Origin: Candidatus Saccharimonadota bacterium
GTDB lineage: Bacteria; Pseudomonadota; Alphaproteobacteria; Rickettsiales; Anaplasmataceae
Reading direction: 5' to 3'
DNA: 32,000 nt
Assembly (NCBI RefSeq): GCF_013365475.1
Contig: NZ_CP046579.1
Coordinates: 540,001-572,000, forward strand
Shown here piece by piece: positions 29,185 to 32,000 of the stretch. The number at the start of each line of letters is the position of its first letter. Position 1 is the first letter of the stretch. The notes beneath the pieces were generated by a model. That model was not told the DNA's origin and searched no databases. It saw only the letters and a list, made by a program, of their open reading frames with translations. The position numbers and the translations under genes were made by a program.

Positions 29185-29212
29185 ATTTTACAAAATTAGC
29201 ACAAAAAGTCAA
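29185..29212 (-). promoter_or_regulatory. Sigma-70-type promoter TTGACT-N16-TAAAAT for gatB.
   Basis: On the minus strand, TTGACT lies at 29212-29207 and TAAAAT at 29190-29185, with a 16-nt spacer. It is about 28 nt upstream of the gatB ATG. Confidence 0.4.
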
Positions 29213-29517
29213 AATAAAATTCATATTTTTATATCTTTATCTTAATTTTTTAGCTTAAAGCTTAAAAAATTATCACCTGTAAAGGAATGCTATAGTCTTA
29301 AGCAGAAATATAAAAATCACTTAGCAACTTTATTTAGGGCACTTTATTTGTAACGTCAAAGTTATTTAGTTCTTTCAACTTATTTGGAGACTAAATTACT
29401 GGATAGTCAAAAAACTGGTACCTTCTATCTCTCAAGAATCTTTATTACTATATAACTTAAAATGAACTTACAAACTAGATAAAGAGTGCTATTCAAATGA
29501 CCATAACGAATACAACA

Positions 29518-31437
29518 CTATTTATTTTCCTCCTTTTTATCCATATCCTGGTAATCAGAATCTACTACTTTTCCTTCTTCACTATTAGGCATGGATGAAT
29601 TGGAGGAGTTTTCTTCACTTTGCCTTTGAGACTCTTTATATACCACTTCTCCAAGCTTCATAGACAGTTGAGAAAGATCAGCAATTTTTTGCTGTATTAA
29701 ACTAGTGTCACTGATTATATCAGATTTACCAGCTTCCTTTAACTCATTAATTGCATTTTCAATAGCAGATTTATCTTCTGGGAGAACTTTATTACCATAC
29801 TCCCTAAGAGACTTTTCTGTAGAATGGATTAAACTATCTGCCTGATTCTTCACTTCAATAAATTTTTTACGTTCCTCATCTTCTTGAGCCTTCTCTTCAG
29901 CCTCTCTTACCATACGACTTATTTCATCATCGGATAACCCACCTGAAGATTGAATACGTATCTTCTGCTCCTTCCCAGTAGCTTTATCTTTTGCAGAAAC
30001 ATGTACTATTCCATTTGCGTCTATGTCGAACGTTACTTCAATTTGAGGAATTCCGCGAGGAGCAGGTGGTATCCCTTCTAAACTAAATTGGCCAAGTAGC
30101 TTATTATCAACTGCTAATTTTCTTTCACCTTGATATACTTTTATAGTAACAGCAGCTTGACTATCCTCTGCAGTTGAAAACACTTGAGACTTTTTAGTAG
30201 GGATTGTAGTATTACGCTCAATAAGTGGAGTAAACACCCCTCCTAAGGTTTCAATACCAAGAGAAAGTGGTGTTACGTCAAGTAATAATACATCCCTTAC
30301 ATCACCTTGAACAATTCCAGCTTGTATTGCAGCTCCAACTGCTACAACTTCATCAGGGTTTACACCTCTATGCGGATCCTTACCAAAGAACTCTTTAACT
30401 TTTTCTATTACTTTTGGCATACGAGTCATTCCACCAACAAGCACCACTTCGCCAATTTGACTAGAAGAAATGCCAGCATCTTCAAGAGCTTTTTTACAAG
30501 GGATCATAGTCTTCTCAATTAAATCATTGACTAAGCTTTCAAGCTTAGCCCTTGTTAACTTCATATTTAAGTGTTTTGGACCACTTGCATCAGCTGTGAT
30601 GAATGGAAGATTTATTTCAGTTTCCATTGCACTTGATAGCTCAATTTTTGCTTTTTCTGCAGCTTCTTTGATCCTTTGCATGGCCATTGGATCATTCTTT
30701 AAGCTAATACCATTATTTTTCTTAAACTCGTCTAATAAATAATCTACTATTGTGTCATCAAAGTCTTCACCACCAAGGTGGGTATCTCCATTCGTTGCTT
30801 TTACCTCAAAAACTCCATCACCTATTTCAAGTATAGAGACATCAAATGTGCCTCCACCAAGGTCATATACCACTATTGTATGTCCATGTTTCTTATCAAG
30901 ACCATAAGCAAGAGCAGCAGCAGTAGGTTCATTAACTATCCTAAGCACATTCAACCCAGCAATTTTCCCTGCATCCTTTGTTGCTTGACGTTGTGAGTCA
31001 TTAAAATATGCTGGTACTGTTATTACAGCATCTTTTACTTCCTCTCCAAGATAAGCTTCTGCTGCTTCTTTCATATTCTGCAGTATGAATGCACCAATTT
31101 GACTAGGAGAGTACTCTTTACTATTATCTGTTTTAACCCATGCATCACCATTCCTTGCTGCAAACACTTTATATGGCACATTTAGATTCTTTATCTCAGC
31201 ATCACTATGTTGACGGCCTATTAACCTCTTAGTAGCAAAAAAGGTATTACTTGCATTTGTAGTTGCTTGCCTTTTTGCAGGAGCACCAATTAGTCTTTCA
31301 CCTGATGAAGTAAATGCAACTATAGATGGAGTAGTTCTTGCTCCTTCTTTATTTTCTATTACTTTTACGTCTTTACCCTGCATTATCGCAACACAAGAAT
31401 TCGTCGTCCCAAGATCTATACCTATTGCTCTTCCCAT
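29518..31437 (-). CDS. dnaK: Molecular chaperone DnaK (Hsp70).
   Basis: 639 aa. [22 protein letters not shown] and [10 protein letters not shown] are present, giving a full-length Hsp70. Confidence 0.99.
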   Translation of the reverse strand: MGRAIGIDLGTTNSCVAIMQGKDVKVIENKEGARTTPSIVAFTSSGERLIGAPAKRQATTNASNTFFATKRLIGRQHSDAEIKNLNVPYKVFAARNGDAWVKTDNSKEYSPSQIGAFILQNMKEAAEAYLGEEVKDAVITVPAYFNDSQRQATKDAGKIAGLNVLRIVNEPTAAALAYGLDKKHGHTIVVYDLGGGTFDVSILEIGDGVFEVKATNGDTHLGGEDFDDTIVDYLLDEFKKNNGISLKNDPMAMQRIKEAAEKAKIELSSAMETEINLPFITADASGPKHLNMKLTRAKLESLVNDLIEKTMIPCKKALEDAGISSSQIGEVVLVGGMTRMPKVIEKVKEFFGKDPHRGVNPDEVVAVGAAIQAGIVQGDVRDVLLLDVTPLSLGIETLGGVFTPLIERNTTIPTKKSQVFSTAEDSQAAVTIKVYQGERKLAVDNKLLGQFSLEGIPPAPRGIPQIEVTFDIDANGIVHVSAKDKATGKEQKIRIQSSGGLSDDEISRMVREAEEKAQEDEERKKFIEVKNQADSLIHSTEKSLREYGNKVLPEDKSAIENAINELKEAGKSDIISDTSLIQQKIADLSQLSMKLGEVVYKESQRQSEENSSNSSMPNSEEGKVVDSDYQDMDKKEENK

Positions 31438-31477
31438 AATAAAACTCCCTTATAAATAATATTATCTAACATAGGAT

Positions 31478-31506
31478 ATATAAGTATAGAACCTGGCAAT
31501 TACAAG
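31478..31506 (-). promoter_or_regulatory. RpoH (sigma-32)-type heat-shock promoter CTTGTAA...CTTATAT upstream of dnaK.
   Basis: On the minus strand, CTTG at 31506-31503 is followed after 18 nt by CTTATAT at 31484-31478. This resembles the alphaproteobacterial RpoH consensus CTTG-N17/18-CYTATNT as I recall it. AAGGGAG lies 7 nt before the ATG. Confidence 0.45.
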
Positions 31507-31525
31507 CCCCATTTAGGATTTCTAG

Positions 31526-32000
31526 TTAGCTATTAGAGCTCAAAAGACGTGAAAGCCATCTAGTTAACCAAAAATTATTTTGTAATTCACTTGAATCATC
31601 ATTTTTCTCATCACGTCTACTTTCAATTTTATAACCAGAGTTTTGCAGTGGCTTACACTCGTTTGAATCGACATCATCACCACGCTTTAAAACAAACACA
31701 TCTATACCTAAATTATTATCAGCATTAACATTTAATTTGATATTGAACTCTTTTTCAATTGTAGAAACCGTATCGCGTTTATTACTAAAAATATGTGCAA
31801 TAATTGATCCATGTGCTGTTAAATTAAATGATCCACTTCGATTCTTACTAGCAATATATTGTAACTCTCTTAATATTGATGCAGAAATTACTTCATTTGA
31901 TTTTACTTTGCCAACTCCCTTGCAGTGAAAACATTCTATAGTGTTAATTTCCTGTATGCTTGGCTTAATCCTTTGCCTTGAAAATACCATCAAACCAAAG
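31526..32000 (-). CDS. rne: Ribonuclease E/G, C-terminal part. The gene continues off the right edge of the window.
   Basis: The frame stays open to position 32000 (..FGLMVFSRQRIKPSIQE..ECFHCKGVGKVKS). The MSRQR motif and the CxxCxG zinc-link motif are typical of RNase E/G. The tail is short and acidic. Confidence 0.75.
   Translation of the reverse strand, partial: FGLMVFSRQRIKPSIQEINTIECFHCKGVGKVKSNEVISASILRELQYIASKNRSGSFNLTAHGSIIAHIFSNKRDTVSTIEKEFNIKLNVNADNNLGIDVFVLKRGDDVDSNECKPLQNSGYKIESRRDEKNDDSSELQNNFWLTRWLSRLLSSNS

Noticed and set aside
29326-29387. Four TTATTT(A/G)G motifs spaced 14-18 bp apart between dnaK and gatB.
   Set aside because: TTATTT is a very common hexamer at this base composition, the spacing is irregular, and there is no supporting flanking similarity.
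1-32000. Window-wide search for mobile elements, CRISPR arrays, long tandem repeats, defence islands or toxin-antitoxin pairs.
   Set aside because: None found. There are no transposase, integrase or phage-like ORFs, no regularly spaced direct repeats, and no terminal inverted repeats flanking any block. Every sizeable ORF except the one at 3777-4244 is a recognisable housekeeping gene.

Overview
This is a visibly AT-rich chromosomal segment made almost entirely of core housekeeping genes. In order: a partial NhaC-type antiporter, an RluA-family pseudouridine synthase, pdhA, hemJ, one orphan ORF, dxr, pstB, dapB, holA, znuB, a DUF498/Mth938-like protein, ispE, addA, secG-pyrG-tadA, a ProP-like MFS transporter, murE, metC, bolA, ruvC, ctaE, metK, tRNA-Ile(GAU), rplU-rpmA, gatB, dnaK and a partial RNase E/G. 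The gene content, scattered single pathway genes, tight overlaps between unrelated genes and several long ORF-free spacers fit a reduced obligate-intracellular alphaproteobacterium. My best guess is Rickettsiales, an Ehrlichia-like member of the Anaplasmataceae, but that is inference only. I call 28 CDS (2 truncated by the window edges), 1 tRNA and 6 promoter-like elements. I see no transposase, integrase, phage gene, CRISPR array, long tandem repeat, toxin-antitoxin pair or defence-type gene, and no convincing novel multi-gene system. The items most worth a second look are: (1) an orphan acidic His/Asp-rich ORF (3742-4244) with a consensus promoter, where a G5 tract separates an upstream ATG frame from the main ORF; (2) two ORF-free spacers of about 1.0 and 1.3 kb, one carrying a stop-interrupted, protein-like remnant; (3) an intact murE standing alone outside any mur/dcw cluster; (4) addA with no adjacent addB; (5) a perfect 19-bp palindrome in a divergent promoter region; (6) an RpoH-type promoter in front of a solitary dnaK.
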